From the NCBI GenBank assembly GCA_963664705.1, contig OY761556.1, positions 704,001 through 768,000 on the forward strand: 64,000 bases of DNA. The letters run 5' to 3'. This stretch comes from Acidobacteriota bacterium. Lineage in GTDB: Bacteria; Acidobacteriota; UBA6911. The notes under the pieces are model-generated. The model was not told where the DNA came from. It worked only from the letters and a program-made list of their open reading frames with translations, and ran no database searches. Positions 10,389 to 23,100 of the stretch are shown here, piece after piece; within the stretch, counting starts at the first letter, position 1, and each line of letters begins with the position of its first letter. A program made the position numbers and the translations under genes.

Positions 10389-12002
10389 CTATGGGACGAT
10401 CCAATCTCCCTCCGGGATCAGGGTCCTTTCATCGGCGCCGCCGAATCTCACGATATATCCGCCCTTGGATGCAAAACGCTGCCCTGGGCCTAAGCTCAAT
10501 CGTGTGTAGTACCCATCAATCACTCTTGTGCTCAGCATGCCCTCTACATTTTCCACCAGATAATCGCGCAGGAAGTTGTCCAATACCTCATTCAGGCTCT
10601 CGGAGATTATGTTGCAGGCAATATAAGTGTCGACTTGTGTTTCTTCTGCAACGACCGGGATTTGCTGAATCCGAAACCATCCCAATGGATAATCGAGAAG
10701 GGCACCCCGGCGGGATGGTATTTCAAAAGGATAGGCCATATGAGCCACGCTTCGCCAGGAACCGGGAAGCGGAACATCGTCCAGCCCTCCCATTATTGCG
10801 GATAGAAATATGTGTGTTGCTTTCGGCGGTTCAGCCGGAAGCATTTTTAAGTCATCTGGCCGCAGCCACAAAATCAACACATCCCGAGGACGTGCTTTCC
10901 GGAGCGAATGCCTTATGAGCATTTGGCCCGGGGATGAGGGAAGAGGCTGGTCGATTACAGTAATGCCGTGAGCTGCACTCTCGGCATGAAAAGCCTTTGC
11001 GGCAGCGTCGCCCACATCATCTTTTCGGAAGACTTGCACAATGCGACGAGCGTTTTGTGGCGATGGCCCTCGGCTCAACTGCTGTGCAATCAACTGGGCC
11101 TCAAGCAGTACCCCCTTGGAGAAATAGAGATTGTAGAAGTCCTCCTCTGCCACAACCGGCAACTCCACATTGGGGAAGAAGCAGGGGATGGACTCCTGTT
11201 GGCAAAACTGATGAATGGGCTGCCAGTTTGCGCCTCCCATTCCGGAAAGAACCGCAAAAACAGGTTCGGCCTTGAGCTTCGCCCGCAATTGTTCCATCCA
11301 TCCTGTTGCGTCTCCGGACAGCTCCCAGATGTGCAGTTGCCATTTGCGGGGCACACGGTACATCATTTTGGTATATCGCGCTGGGGCTGGTATCGGGCGA
11401 TAGAAGACATTTTTTGCCGCAAAAAAATGCTGCAATACATCCAGCATGCCCTTTCGCTTTACCGGATCCGAATCAGGAGTGATGATGGTTGCGAAGTGCA
11501 GGGTATCCCCGGTAACACCTGGAACACTCCCGCTGGACAGGCTTGCGAGATAGGAAATCAGCGCGCTCATCGTGTCATTGTCAAGCGGATATCTTGGCAT
11601 GACATAGTTGAGCGGACGCCCGTCAGGAGTGATACCTTCACGAATCGCTTTTGCAAGAGTCTCGCCCGTGTAGGGTGGCCTATTAGGCGTTGTCCGCTCG
11701 GTGTGGTCCGTTGCTTCTCGCGCAAAAAGTCCTCCCGAACTGAAGAGATACTTCGCGGTAACAGGAGGGATCAGGGTTCCGCCTTCTACGCTGCCCATTC
11801 CGCTTGGCCGATGGCAGTTAACGCAGGCGGCTGTGGATCCGGAGATCGATCCGCCGCCCGGCCGTTGTGCGGTTACCTCTGCTCCCGAGGCAAGGATTCC
11901 TTTCCGGTACAGCACTTCGCCTTCGGTCAGTGCATTGGTAGCTGCCCATATCCACGCGACAAAGAGCACGATGCACGACACGAATATCAACGGAATGCGC
12001 AT
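10389..12002 (-). CDS. Monoheme c-type cytochrome fused to a periplasmic binding protein-like domain
   Basis: Signal peptide; CVNCH heme motif and MPRY distal-ligand motif; C-terminal PBP-like region ending RLSLGPGQRFASKG. Confidence 0.8.
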   Translation of the reverse strand: MRIPLIFVSCIVLFVAWIWAATNALTEGEVLYRKGILASGAEVTAQRPGGGSISGSTAACVNCHRPSGMGSVEGGTLIPPVTAKYLFSSGGLFAREATDHTERTTPNRPPYTGETLAKAIREGITPDGRPLNYVMPRYPLDNDTMSALISYLASLSSGSVPGVTGDTLHFATIITPDSDPVKRKGMLDVLQHFFAAKNVFYRPIPAPARYTKMMYRVPRKWQLHIWELSGDATGWMEQLRAKLKAEPVFAVLSGMGGANWQPIHQFCQQESIPCFFPNVELPVVAEEDFYNLYFSKGVLLEAQLIAQQLSRGPSPQNARRIVQVFRKDDVGDAAAKAFHAESAAHGITVIDQPLPSSPGQMLIRHSLRKARPRDVLILWLRPDDLKMLPAEPPKATHIFLSAIMGGLDDVPLPGSWRSVAHMAYPFEIPSRRGALLDYPLGWFRIQQIPVVAEETQVDTYIACNIISESLNEVLDNFLRDYLVENVEGMLSTRVIDGYYTRLSLGPGQRFASKGGYIVRFGGADERTLIPEGDWIVP

Positions 12003-12016
12003 GGAGGAAATCCTCG

Positions 12017-12601
12017 TTATCTGGCGGCCGCAACCTCACGGCGGACTTCGCTGAACAGCTGATCGGTGGTGGCAAATCCATCAAAACGAACCCAAGGCTT
12101 GTCTGCCGCAGGGCGCACTAGAATCACCGGCGCATGATTCATTTTGTCGCCGCGATAAACACCGAAAGCACGTGCCGCGGCAATAACCGCCTGTGTGGTC
12201 CCTGTATAGTGATGCCATTCGGATCCTGCATGCAATCTTTTTGCATAGGCTGCCAGGCGTGCAGGCGTGTCCTGTTCCGGGTCGATTGAAATAGAGAGCA
12301 TATGCACGTGATCCCGGTCCTTTCCCAGTCGGTCCTGGAACTTGGCGAGCGTCTGACTGATTATTGGACAGATCGAAGTGCAGGAAGTAAAGATGAAGGT
12401 CATCAAGGTTGGCCGGTCATCCCTGAGTTCATTTTGCAGCGTCACCTTTTCGCCATCATCTCTTACCAGTTCCACCTGGGGAACGACGTATTCCGCCGTT
12501 GAACGTTTTGCCCCCGTTTCATTTCCGCGCGCCATCGGTCCACTAAGGGCTGTGAATACAATAATCATAAGTAATGCTGTGCCGCTGGGACATCGGTTCA
12601 T
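12017..12601 (-). CDS. SCO1/SenC family copper chaperone
   Basis: FTSCTSICP (CxxxC), SISIDPEQDTP and downstream His (MNH). Confidence 0.92.
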   Translation of the reverse strand: MNRCPSGTALLMIIVFTALSGPMARGNETGAKRSTAEYVVPQVELVRDDGEKVTLQNELRDDRPTLMTFIFTSCTSICPIISQTLAKFQDRLGKDRDHVHMLSISIDPEQDTPARLAAYAKRLHAGSEWHHYTGTTQAVIAAARAFGVYRGDKMNHAPVILVRPAADKPWVRFDGFATTDQLFSEVRREVAAAR

Positions 12602-12614
12602 TCAAGGCCTCCCT

Positions 12615-13385
12615 CTAGTTTGCAGCACGGATGCCGGAATAATCCGGCTTCGCAAAAATGCTGTTTTCCAGATTCGGATTCAGATTAACTGTTTCGATCC
12701 TTATGTTGCGTGCAGGAACTACATTCTCAACCACCGTTTCCAAAACAAAAGGCATCATTAATCCGCCAACGGATCGATAGTCGCGATAGTTGATATAGAC
12801 CCTGTGTGGTTTTCCGTCGAGCATGCGCGGAAAACCCTCTACTCTGACTTCGAGAAATGTTTGGGCATCAATCCAGATATTTCGCACCTGATTATCCCTG
12901 GTTGTAAGCCTCAGCTTGTAGGCCGCGCGTTCTTCTATCGGCTCTACTCCTGCCAGTTCTATTTTGATGCCTTTAGTTTCATGGTCGATCAGGAGGCCAT
13001 CCAGTGCTTCTTGTTCCGTGGCACTTTGCATTTCGGCCTGGGTGAATGGTTCTACCTGCAGCCGATTCAGGAATGGACGTACCTTCCAGCCGTTACTGCC
13101 ATCATAGACCTGTAATGCGGTTTTTCCGGCAAACTCCAGTTCAAGCCTCGACATTCGAGGCCGTTTGAGTTTTAGCGTAAATGGCAGTTGAGCATTTTGT
13201 TTACCTCCGGCGTCCATTTTACCGGTCATGGTCATTGACTTAATTCCGCGCCAAGCTTGCAATCCACCTCGGGCAGCGATGTTCTTTTCCACCACCTGCT
13301 CTGCCGTCATGGTCTCTGCGAGAGCTGCATGGGCCGGTATTTCTATTGCTAAAGAAAGGCAAACCACAAGAAGCAGTTTGTGCAT
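12615..13385 (-). CDS. LolA-like outer-membrane lipoprotein-sorting family protein
   Basis: Signal peptide; AARGG..AW, YDGSNGW, WIDAQTFL, DYRSVGGLMMP motifs. Confidence 0.8.
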   Translation of the reverse strand: MHKLLLVVCLSLAIEIPAHAALAETMTAEQVVEKNIAARGGLQAWRGIKSMTMTGKMDAGGKQNAQLPFTLKLKRPRMSRLELEFAGKTALQVYDGSNGWKVRPFLNRLQVEPFTQAEMQSATEQEALDGLLIDHETKGIKIELAGVEPIEERAAYKLRLTTRDNQVRNIWIDAQTFLEVRVEGFPRMLDGKPHRVYINYRDYRSVGGLMMPFVLETVVENVVPARNIRIETVNLNPNLENSIFAKPDYSGIRAAN

Positions 13386-13483
13386 CTTGAATCACCTCCA
13401 AATGATCCTAAGCATTCACGATGTAAACAATCGATCACGAAAGCATCATCGCTAACAGTCTAGCCGGCGACAATACGGGAGGA

Positions 13484-13499
13484 TGTTCACTATTGAACA
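13484..13499. promoter_or_regulatory. Palindromic operator TGTTCACTATTGAACA, upstream of the LolA-like/SCO/cytochrome c/FKBP unit
   Basis: Identical 16-mer at 26817; minus-strand -10 TAGACT (13462-13457) 21 nt downstream. Confidence 0.75.
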
Positions 13500-13522
13500 T
13501 AATTCAATAAGCATAGGCATTT

Positions 13523-14053
13523 CTATTGCACCTCCAAACCCTCTGCCCTAAATAGGCCAATAGCCAGGGCAACTCGATCTCCTCGTTTTACCAGCCTTCC
13601 CTTATTGGAGAAAGCCATCCAGTAGAATTTCCCGGCCTCCGGATGATTGGTCTGGCGCAACTGCCCGATTTTATCCATGGATGGAACCACCAGTTGGACT
13701 CCAGCCCGCGGATCGATCAAAATCGGCTGATTGGTTTTTTCATTAAGCGGGGCGGCCTTGTCCGCGTCCAGGATACGATAGCTGAATCGAATGAGTTCGC
13801 CGGCTTCAGCCGTCCTGATTTGAAGAGAATCAATGCCCCAGACTCTGCTGTAATAAAGCTCCGCCCGTTTGGGAAATTGGGCGGAGCGATAGTGGCGGGC
13901 GTTTTTTGACGCGGCCGGCTGCAGGGCTGAGACCACGGATTGAGCTTTACAGGGTGAAATGAGCAGACCGCTGATTACCATTCCGAGAATCATTATTTTT
14001 GTATCATGTGTGAAGCGACGCTGGAACATGACAGGGTCTTCTCCTTTAGCCAA
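13523..14053 (-). CDS. Exported hypothetical protein of the MCO cluster
   Basis: Hydrophobic N-terminus; lies directly after the 3045-aa gene on the same strand. Confidence 0.7.
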   Translation of the reverse strand: MAKGEDPVMFQRRFTHDTKIMILGMVISGLLISPCKAQSVVSALQPAASKNARHYRSAQFPKRAELYYSRVWGIDSLQIRTAEAGELIRFSYRILDADKAAPLNEKTNQPILIDPRAGVQLVVPSMDKIGQLRQTNHPEAGKFYWMAFSNKGRLVKRGDRVALAIGLFRAEGLEVQ

Positions 14054-14079
14054 AGTTGAGGGCAGGCTTCCTGGCTAAT

Positions 14080-14117
14080 GCATAGAAGGAGCATCCATCC
14101 GGATGCCCCTTCTATGC
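14080..14117. terminator. Stem-loop after the giant gene (terminator or mRNA-stabilising hairpin)
   Basis: gcatagaagg-a-gcatcc/atcc/ggatgc-c-ccttctatgc inverted repeat; no clear U-tract. Confidence 0.5.
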
Positions 14118-14125
14118 GACCTCAC

Positions 14126-17100
14126 CTAAGGTGTGATTGTGAAACTCACATTGCCGCCGGATCCGCCGGGCGTGGTAACGCTTACGTTCCGCGTTGCATT
14201 GGATCCATTGATGTTGGCATTGGTTGCAATGGTGAACGTTGTTGTGATCGTGGTGCCATTGGCTGAAACCGCTAATGCTCCAACCGTTACGCCACTGCCG
14301 GATACATTCACCGCAGTGGCTCCCGTCAGGTTGGTGCCAGTCAATGTAACGTTGAATGCTACACCATTCCTTGCATGTGTAGCCGGACTGATGGCGCTTA
14401 ACGCCGGCGCTGGAGGAGCCGTCACCGTGAAATTCAAAGTGTTGCTGGTTCCTCCGGGAGTGGTGATGCTGACGGTCCTTGTGCCCTGGCCTCCATTGTT
14501 TCCTATGGGAATCACAAAGGTGGCGGTGGCCGTTGTGGCGTTGACAACGACAAGGTTGGTGACAGTGATTGCATTTGGCCCGCTACCTGAAACAGTCACC
14601 GATGTTGCTCCCGTCAGGTTCGTTCCAGTCAGGGTTACCGGAACACTGCTGCCTCGAGTGCCTGACGCAGGACTGATGCTTGTCAGGGTTGGGGCGGTAT
14701 TGCCTCCGCCACCAGCAGCCGAGCCCTGGATTTCGATGGCTCCGGCATCGGTGGTGTGTGGGTTTGCGCCTGGATCCGGCCTTGGATTGCCAAAAAAGTC
14801 GGTCCTTGGGGCTGTGATGGTCGGGCCATTGCCATCGGGAATTACCTGGCAGCCAACAGCTGCCGCATTTGCATTGGAGCACTCCACGAAATCAATGGCC
14901 GATGAACCCGATTGCAGCGAGTAATTGCCCAGCACTGCGTTGGTCACGGGGTTTACAAGAGACAGGGGGCCCCAACTCATGTTGATCCAGTTGTTGCCCT
15001 CATCCACGGTTGCGGCAGGAGTCAGGCTGAAAATTGGATTGGGCACCGTTGCATCGGAAATGCCCGGCGGGACCTGATAGCCCAGGCCACCGTTTTCCGG
15101 GGGAACTCTTGCCCCATTGCAATATTGCCTGATCACCGACGGATTACTATTTGCGTTGTGGCCATTGTAGCCTGCGATGCTCGTCAGCAGTGACCACTGT
15201 GCGTTCAGAGTGAATCCTGAACTGTGATTGGCGGGTCCGGTGTCGCCACGCACGCCGATATCCCAATAGTTTGACCCATTCACGCATTGGCCGGTTGCCG
15301 TTTGGCTTGCCGGTGCCGTTCCGGTTAACCCGTTGAGCAACGCGACCACGTTCTGCTGGTTGAGTGCCCCCGTTCCCAAACCTCCCACGTGAATGTCAAA
15401 CGTCCGGTTCTGCCAGAAAATATTGTCGTACAGAAGCGGATAGGAGATTTTGGTGCAGGTCCCATTCGTGGCCGTTCCGGAGTAATGACCTGCCGGGCAT
15501 GTAATGGGGCCGATACCGGCGAAGGAGGATACCAGCTGGGGGCTGTTTTGCAGCGATACCAGCCCCGCAGGTTGAGGACAGGAACCTGTGCCGTTAGCCT
15601 GCCCGGGGCAGTTGGCCGGTGGTGACTGCGAGCTTGCGAGTGGAGCTCCCAGTGTGTTGAAGAGAACACCTGCGGATGCGGTGCTGTCATTGGACATGAT
15701 CGTATTGTTCACGATGTTTACTGCCAACGAGTCTTCGAGCGAAATACCGCCGCCATCCCAGCCGGCCACATTATTGGCCAGAATATTGTTGGTGACAGCG
15801 ACAGAGTACCAGCTGGCGGGAGCACCCGGGAACCGGGCAACCTCGGTGCCATTGACCGCCTGGAAACGCAGTCCACCGCCGCTGCCGCTCTCCGCGCCAT
15901 TTCCCATGATGAGGTTTGCATTGATTACCAGACCTGGGCCGGCGCCATCGCCCAATCCCGGTACGCAATCGACGTCGGTCACAGTGCCGCATTCTGTGGC
16001 GACTCCATTGACGATCTGCGTGCCGTCAGGTGGAGCACCCATGACGATAATACCGCCGCCATTGGTCGGTATCGTCGGGTTGATACTTTGATTGAACAGG
16101 AACGTGTTGTGTTCAATGTCTCCGTTGTAGATAAAGCCGAGGTGTCCTAAGCCTCCGCCATCGCCAGTGCTCAGGTTGCCGCATACCCAGTTGTTGTTGA
16201 ACCGGTAGTAATCGGCTCCCGTGGTGAAACTTGCGCCACCCGCTCCGGCCGGTGTGGCCGTAAACAATTCATCACCAGTGGAGGAATTGTTAAAGATGGA
16301 ATTGTTGTGCACATTCGTGTGCAGGAAGAAGCAATAGGGTAATTGAGTGTTTGTGACCGTGCTGTCCTGGCAGGAACCGGGAGCGATGACTCCGCTGTTG
16401 GGTGCCAGGTAGGCATCCGTAAATTCGCCCTGCCCGATGCTTATCCCGCCGGATAGAGTGCCGGCATTGTTGTTGACCTGGTTGTTGGCGATCTGGAGGT
16501 TGTGTGCCCAGCCGTGCACCAGGATGCCGCCTCCGCCCTGGGAGCTGTTTGTGATTCCCAGCCCATCAATACTCGATGGATTGCATTGGAAGTTGCTGGG
16601 ATATGGATTGGACCCTCCTGAACTGCTCTTACAAATGGGATTGGTGTCACCCGACAGGAATATTCCTGAAGCTGTTCCCTGTCCGGAAAGCAGCGTGCTG
16701 CCGGCGGGAAAGTCTGCTTCCGCGCCGCTGCCGAAAACATCTGCGGCACCCTGTGGAATATTCACTCCCTTGGACAGGACCGTGATGGCTGCTCCTTCGT
16801 AAGCTCCCATCAGCGAGGGCTCCTGCAGCATTTCGGCCAGGTTGCCATTGAGCGTTGTATCCCATCCGACAATACCCTCTCTTGGAAGACGGTCGACCGC
16901 CATGAACGGGAAGCTGGGGCCTCCGGAGAAATAGCTCCAGGTGTTACCGTTTGGCCCAGGCTGTGAGTTTCCTGTGCCGTCCGGGCATCCGAAAGCGCCT
17001 GTGGAGTCAAAGGGGTTGGCATTGGTGCGTGGTTGGCCATTGAGCGCCAGGCCAAACAAGCAATTCACGCTGCGCCGCCATGGATCCAGCTTAGTAATTC

Positions 17101-20100
17101 CAGCCGGGTGGGTGTTGGCATTAATGATGCTGGATGCAGCGCCAACTCCCTGCAGCCGGACCGGTTTCCACATAAGCAGCAGTTCATTGTAAGTGCCGGG
17201 CGGAACGACAATGAGGTCGCCGGGAGCGGCCGCATCGAGATACGGTTGAATTGTTGACCCTGGGGCCACGGCAGTGGGCGCCTTGCCGCCAATGGTGACT
17301 GTAACCGCATCGACAGACTGCTGTCCCTTTGGGAAAGCTGTGGAAGGAGCCGTTGTAATAACCAGTTCTCCGCACTGAGCTGAAGAGCCTCCGTACTGAG
17401 CCTGTTGTTGCACATCACATAACGGCACGTTACTGGGAACATTAAGCACAATGGTTGTGTCGTTCCAGGTTGTGATCTGGTTGGATGGTACGTTGACACC
17501 TCCGATGCTGACCGTTCCTTGCGTTGTCCCGAAGCCGTAGTGACGACTGACTGTTTTTTGATTGAAGGGAGTCGTGTGTGCGGCGGGACCGGAGTAGCCG
17601 TAGTTGTTGACTATCTGATCGCCCAGTGCCGTGATTGTAATGCTATGACCGGCGGCGCTTACCCAGGGTCCCGTCCGGGCAGGGAAGCTTCCCTCCGTCG
17701 ATGTGTTGACAACCGAACTGATCGCGGGAGTGGATGCAGGAAATGCACAATCGGGGTTGTTGTATCCGGCGCCGACAAAGCCCGAGGTTGGCACTACGGG
17801 CGTGTCCATATACTGCGTTTGTCCCGGCATGAATGGGATTTCATAACAGAACTGACTATATCCCGGATTAAACAACGGATCCGTTATGGTCTGTCCCGGA
17901 TGCGCCGGATCAGCAATGGGTCCGGCATCGTTCATGCACGTTACCATCATGGTTGGCGCATAACCAGTCGGGTTGGGTGGATTTACTTCCCAGGTCGAGT
18001 AGGTAATGCCGTCATAGGATCCCCACTGATCGGAGTAGGTGCGGGAAATTTCATTGTAGTTGAAATCTCTGATGGAAACGGGAAGGTTCGCCGGCGAGAA
18101 TTTTTCGCCGAACGACGGGGAGAAGGGATCAAATTCCGAAGTGAAATCATCCGTGATGATCCCGGTAAAATGTGCGGCGGCATGGGTCGAGGTGAAAATA
18201 TAGAATTTCGCCAATGCGGAAGCTTGATCTGTGAGCGTCACCTCTTTGCGATCGCACAGGTTTCGTGTCGCACCCGCGAATGGAGCAACTTCCCTGGATT
18301 GCGGGAAAAGGCTGATGTAATCCGGAACGACGCGAGGCTCGCCTACACATGGCCAGAAGCTCTCAACACTGCCTGTATCCCCCTCATGTCTGGGGAAAGC
18401 GCCCAAATCCGTTGTCGGGTTCTGGGCATTGCTGGCATTGTACGATGCCGCCACTGCCGCCTGATCGGGTAGGATAAAAATGTTGGCCAGCGGGCCAAAC
18501 TGTTGTGTGACTGGCGCGATGTAGTTGTCGCCGATGAGTATGTTTTTGTCTTCTTCTTTCACCAGTTCGTATCCCGGAGGTACTACAATTTCCACAACAT
18601 ATTTGCCTGCCGGCAGCATGGGAAGTCCATGCCGATATGGATCCGTTGTGTCCGGATCGGGTATGCATACGGTCGGGTCGCAGTTTGTTCCGGTGGGTCT
18701 TCCCGTGTTGGGATCGAGACCGGTTACACTGGGGAATTGATACATCCCATCGTAGGGCGCAGGTTGCACCTGGTTCCAGTTGTGCATGCCGTCATAGCAT
18801 TTGAACTGAGAGTTGTTGGGCATGGCGTGAGCCGGAATACCGCTGTTGCCATACATGTCGAGCCACATTGGCTGGTTGTACAGCGAGAAGAAGAAGAGAT
18901 CGCCCGCGGAACCTGATGTTGGTGCCGGTTGCTGTCCCGGGCAGTTCATATAGGGCTTATTGGTCCCCGGGTAAAATCCCTGGGCCCAATCATCCCAACT
19001 GCTGGTTTTTGTGGTGTCAATCAGCTTGAGGCTTTTGCTCCCATCCGGCGCAGTCCCTTCCTGATACAAATTGATGGTGACTCCCGGGACGAGCGGTTCC
19101 CAACTGGTCTGCAATAGCAATTGCGGATCGTCAAAGGGACGGGTAGAGGCATACACTACGTGGCCCCTGATGCCGCCATTTTCTCCTACGGCATAGGGCT
19201 TTTTGCCGAATTCGATGAAACTGTTCTGGCCGGAAAAGCCCTGCCACCCTTCGCTTGTAACCCAGGGAGGGTCAATTCTCCCGGTAGATAACGTGCGGGT
19301 ACAGGTCGTTACCCCGGTTGTGGCATTGGTGGTACAGGTGCTGGGAGCGTCGCTGGCATTGCTGCCGTTTACCCCGCTGATCGACTTGCCAATGCAATCC
19401 GCGCCTGCGCAATACACGGCACCGGGCACTCTCAGCGCTGTCGGCAGGGATACCTGCTCCACAGTGTTGGCCATTTTCTGGCCGATGGAGGAATTGCCGC
19501 AGGGTGCAGTGGGTGGGTTTGAGGCCGAACCGCATGGAGTCCCATCGGCCGGTCCGCCCGCATCGTAAACCACATGGGTTCCGGTGTTCTTATAGCGGGT
19601 TGCATCTGTTTCAATGACATACCAGCTGAATAGCGGGAACACTTCATTGAAGCCGGCATTCCCATCCAAATCCGTGTTGTTGAAGTTTGAAAAACTCCCA
19701 TCCCGGAACCGGATGTTGGTGGGAACCAAAGTAAGTCCGTTTTCGTTACTGTCGCGCAATCCATTGCCGTTGGAATCAATAAAGGTATTGGTGTAAATAT
19801 TCGCTTGCCACTGATTGGTGGCTATCTGTCCCAGGTTGCCGGAATTTGCGACGGTGTGATCAAGTTTGACTGGTGTCGACAGGCCGTCCACAAGCATGTC
19901 ATTCCATTGATCAAAAACTGTGACTCTCCAATTGCCATCCGGAAGACCCGGAATGTTGAAGGATCCGTCTCCTGCGCATTTGGCAAACGCAAAGTCTTCG
20001 CCATCCGGATCTCCGATGCTCACATAACATTGTGTGAAGGCAAAACTGCTGTTGTCTCCGCTGCTGTAAAGCCGCTCATCGGGTGTTCGGCTCATGCGTT

Positions 20101-23100
20101 CGGTGGTGATACTGCCACTCAATGTGTTGGTGCAGCTTGTGCCGGTGATTGTCGGGTCAGTCCCCGCACACACCCCCTTCAATCGCCCATTGATGATGGT
20201 TGGATTGGCAAAGCCTATCGATACGTGGTATCCGGCCGGTCCGTATTCTTGAAAGTAGGCCGGCTCTCCGATGCGAAGGAAAGAATCGTGAGCCTTCTGT
20301 CCATCCAGCGTGTTGGTTTGCATCCATTCTTCACCGCGCGCGATCCTGTCCGCCCCTGGAGTGGCAACCACTCCATATCTTCCGGGCATAAGATTTGCAA
20401 TGACTGCTTGCCCGGCCAAAGGCGATAGCGTTGTCCCGTCAGATTCGTATCGCGGACATGTGACAATCATGCCCGTAATGCCTTTTTGACTTCCGTTGCC
20501 GCCGGTTGCGTTGGCGGTGACTTTGGTGGAAATGGGACAGGCATCTTTTCCGGTTGCCGGGTCGATTGTTCCAGCAAGACTGTTCGACAACGGCATATTG
20601 AACATGTCATAGGTCATTTGCCCCGTGGCATCACCGGTGCCTCCGGCATCGTCAAAGAGAACAATGTTGAATCCACCCAGCCCCGGTTCGTTACTGGCAA
20701 GAACATCAATGCCGCCTCCGGCATCCTGCTCGCCGTTGAGCGGGAAATCGTCTTCAAATACCTGGACCGACAACTTGGCGGGCTGAAAAGGAGTGGGATT
20801 TGTAAGCACCGTAACGCTCGTTTGCCCCGCAGCAATAGGAGCGCCGCCCATGGCATGCCCACTCTGGGCATTTCCGGTGTTAAATGGATTGGCGGCGTCT
20901 CCCGGCAATATTGAAATGTAGTAGCGCTTGGTTGGATCGAGATGAACTTGACTGGGGTTGACCGGGGACTGTTGCGCCGCACCGGTTCGACAACTTCCGT
21001 TGCCGACGTCGCACACTGCCGGTAACCCCTGAAGCGTCTGTCCCGATTCGCATGCTATGGTGCCAATGCATCCCTGTGCGACTACCGGCATGTAGCTCGT
21101 GTGAAAGTTGGTTCCAAGCGTAGGAACAATTCCGGTCACGCCCTGTCCCGGGATACTTGCAGTCGGGCAGCCGGCGGGCGGCGGATTTACCTGGCATTTG
21201 GGATCGACATAGAAGGTGCGATCCTCTTCAATGATCCAGCGATAATCCGTCACGGGAGTGCTTTTGTTGGCACCGTCCAAAACGGTCACATTGAGACCGC
21301 TTGCCGTCGGGAATATTAGTGTCACGGTTGCGGCCACAGAGCTCACGGTTCCCTGCGAGTTTTGTGCAAAGTAGGAGAACGTATAGCTTCCAGAAGCGCT
21401 GACGGCAGCGGTGAAGCCGCCGTTGGAATCCACTGTAATCGTTCCCGAACCAGGACCGGAAAGGGTTGTTACACCTGCAGAATTGTACACTTTGAGCGGA
21501 TATCCCGCGGCGTCTTTATCCGCCGACAGGATCCCCGGAGGATTGATGCGGATGCCGGAGGCCAGATTGGAGGTGTAGGTGGCGTTCTGCATCAGGATGC
21601 CCGCGGCACTTTCAATAGGCGCCGGGCCTAATGTAACCGTTGTGCAGAGACCGCCCGCCGTTGCCCCGTTTGCGCAATATCCAAAAGCATCCGATGTCGC
21701 GGTTCCGGAGGGTATGTAAGTAAATGTGCCATTCTTGTTGAGGGTTACAGTGCCGCTGGCTGCCGGAGTCGATATCTGAACTCCATAGACATTGATATCG
21801 TTGGCGATCACGCCTCTGGAAGGATCCGACACTGTGAAGGTTTGCCCCGCAATCAGGGAATTGTAGGTGTCTGGTGTGACCGTAGCGGCAAACGTGTTTG
21901 GCAGCGTTGAACCGGGGATTCCGGTTGTCGAGCCTCCTCCGGCATTGGTAGTGCCGGCCAGATTTCCATTGATGCTTATATAGGCCAGCATCCCGCCGTC
22001 GCGTGCGGTAGAGTTGCCGGATAGACTCAGTTGGCGATCAAACACCGGGAGTGCCCGCATGGTGCACGTTGTCCCCGGAGTCGCAGGAGTGCATGTGGCT
22101 GGGCCGTCTATCATCACATCAAATGTTTTGCCTGCAGCCATGAAAACATCGCTTTGCACTCGGCCTGATCCAGGCAGGGTATTGCCGTCTTCGGCCATCA
22201 GTGTGAAGCCCGGACTTGATCCGGTGGAAGCCCCTACGATGGAGGGAACATGCATGCGCAATCCCGCATTGACCATGCGCACCAGGACACTGCCTGCGGC
22301 GCCTGTAACAGGCAGACTGGCAAAATTGGAAATAGCGGGATTGTTCTTATCAAAGGCCACTCCGTTGATCAGGTAATACAAAGGAGTATAGTTCACGGCT
22401 GGCGGATAGCACTGGTGATAAGTCGAGGAACTGGGATTGCCGCATCCCCCCGGTTGACCTGACCAGACCATGGTTTCGCTGAAGTTGGCCGTGTTCACCG
22501 CGGCATTCACAGCTGCATTTTGTACAGGATCGATTTCACTAAAGAGCAGCGGTATTTCCTGGTTGTACACAACCGCCGGATTACTGCCGGAGGCAGGATA
22601 GGCTGTGCCGGGGTTTGATCCGGCCGGTGCCGAAGTGACCACAACCATTCCATATAATCCCATGGGTCCCTGAATGGATGGGTGGGTGCCGGACTCGAGA
22701 AGGTACGTGCCCGGCCGCAAACTGCTCCATGTCAATGCGGTTGTCTGACCTGTCGCCACTTCGGTTGAGAAAGATTGAATGCGAGGGCTTTGTGCTGGCG
22801 GTGATGCTGAGACACCGGTGTTTGCAATCGGCCATGTGGCATTTGCCTGAGCATTCGTATGGCTTGGGCTGGGCGTGTAGGTCGCAGCGCTTCCCAAGCC
22901 CGCTCCGATCTGCCCCACAATTACCAGCGAGGTCGGAATACCCGCCAGGGCTCCCGGTGGAACAGGCAGGCTATTTGTCAAATTAACGGTCAGGCCTTGT
23001 CCGGTTGGAACGGTAATAACAACGGGAGACCAGTTCGTAGTTCCCTGGTTCAGTTTTGCGCATGTTGCCGTTGATCCGGTTACGGCGGGTCCGCAGCTAT

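Noticed and set aside
10968-12062. 364-aa plus-strand ORF, and similar long antisense ORFs (17519..18472, 32446..33645, 59212..60246, 61422..62303)
   Set aside because: They lie antisense to well-supported genes and have no recognisable motifs
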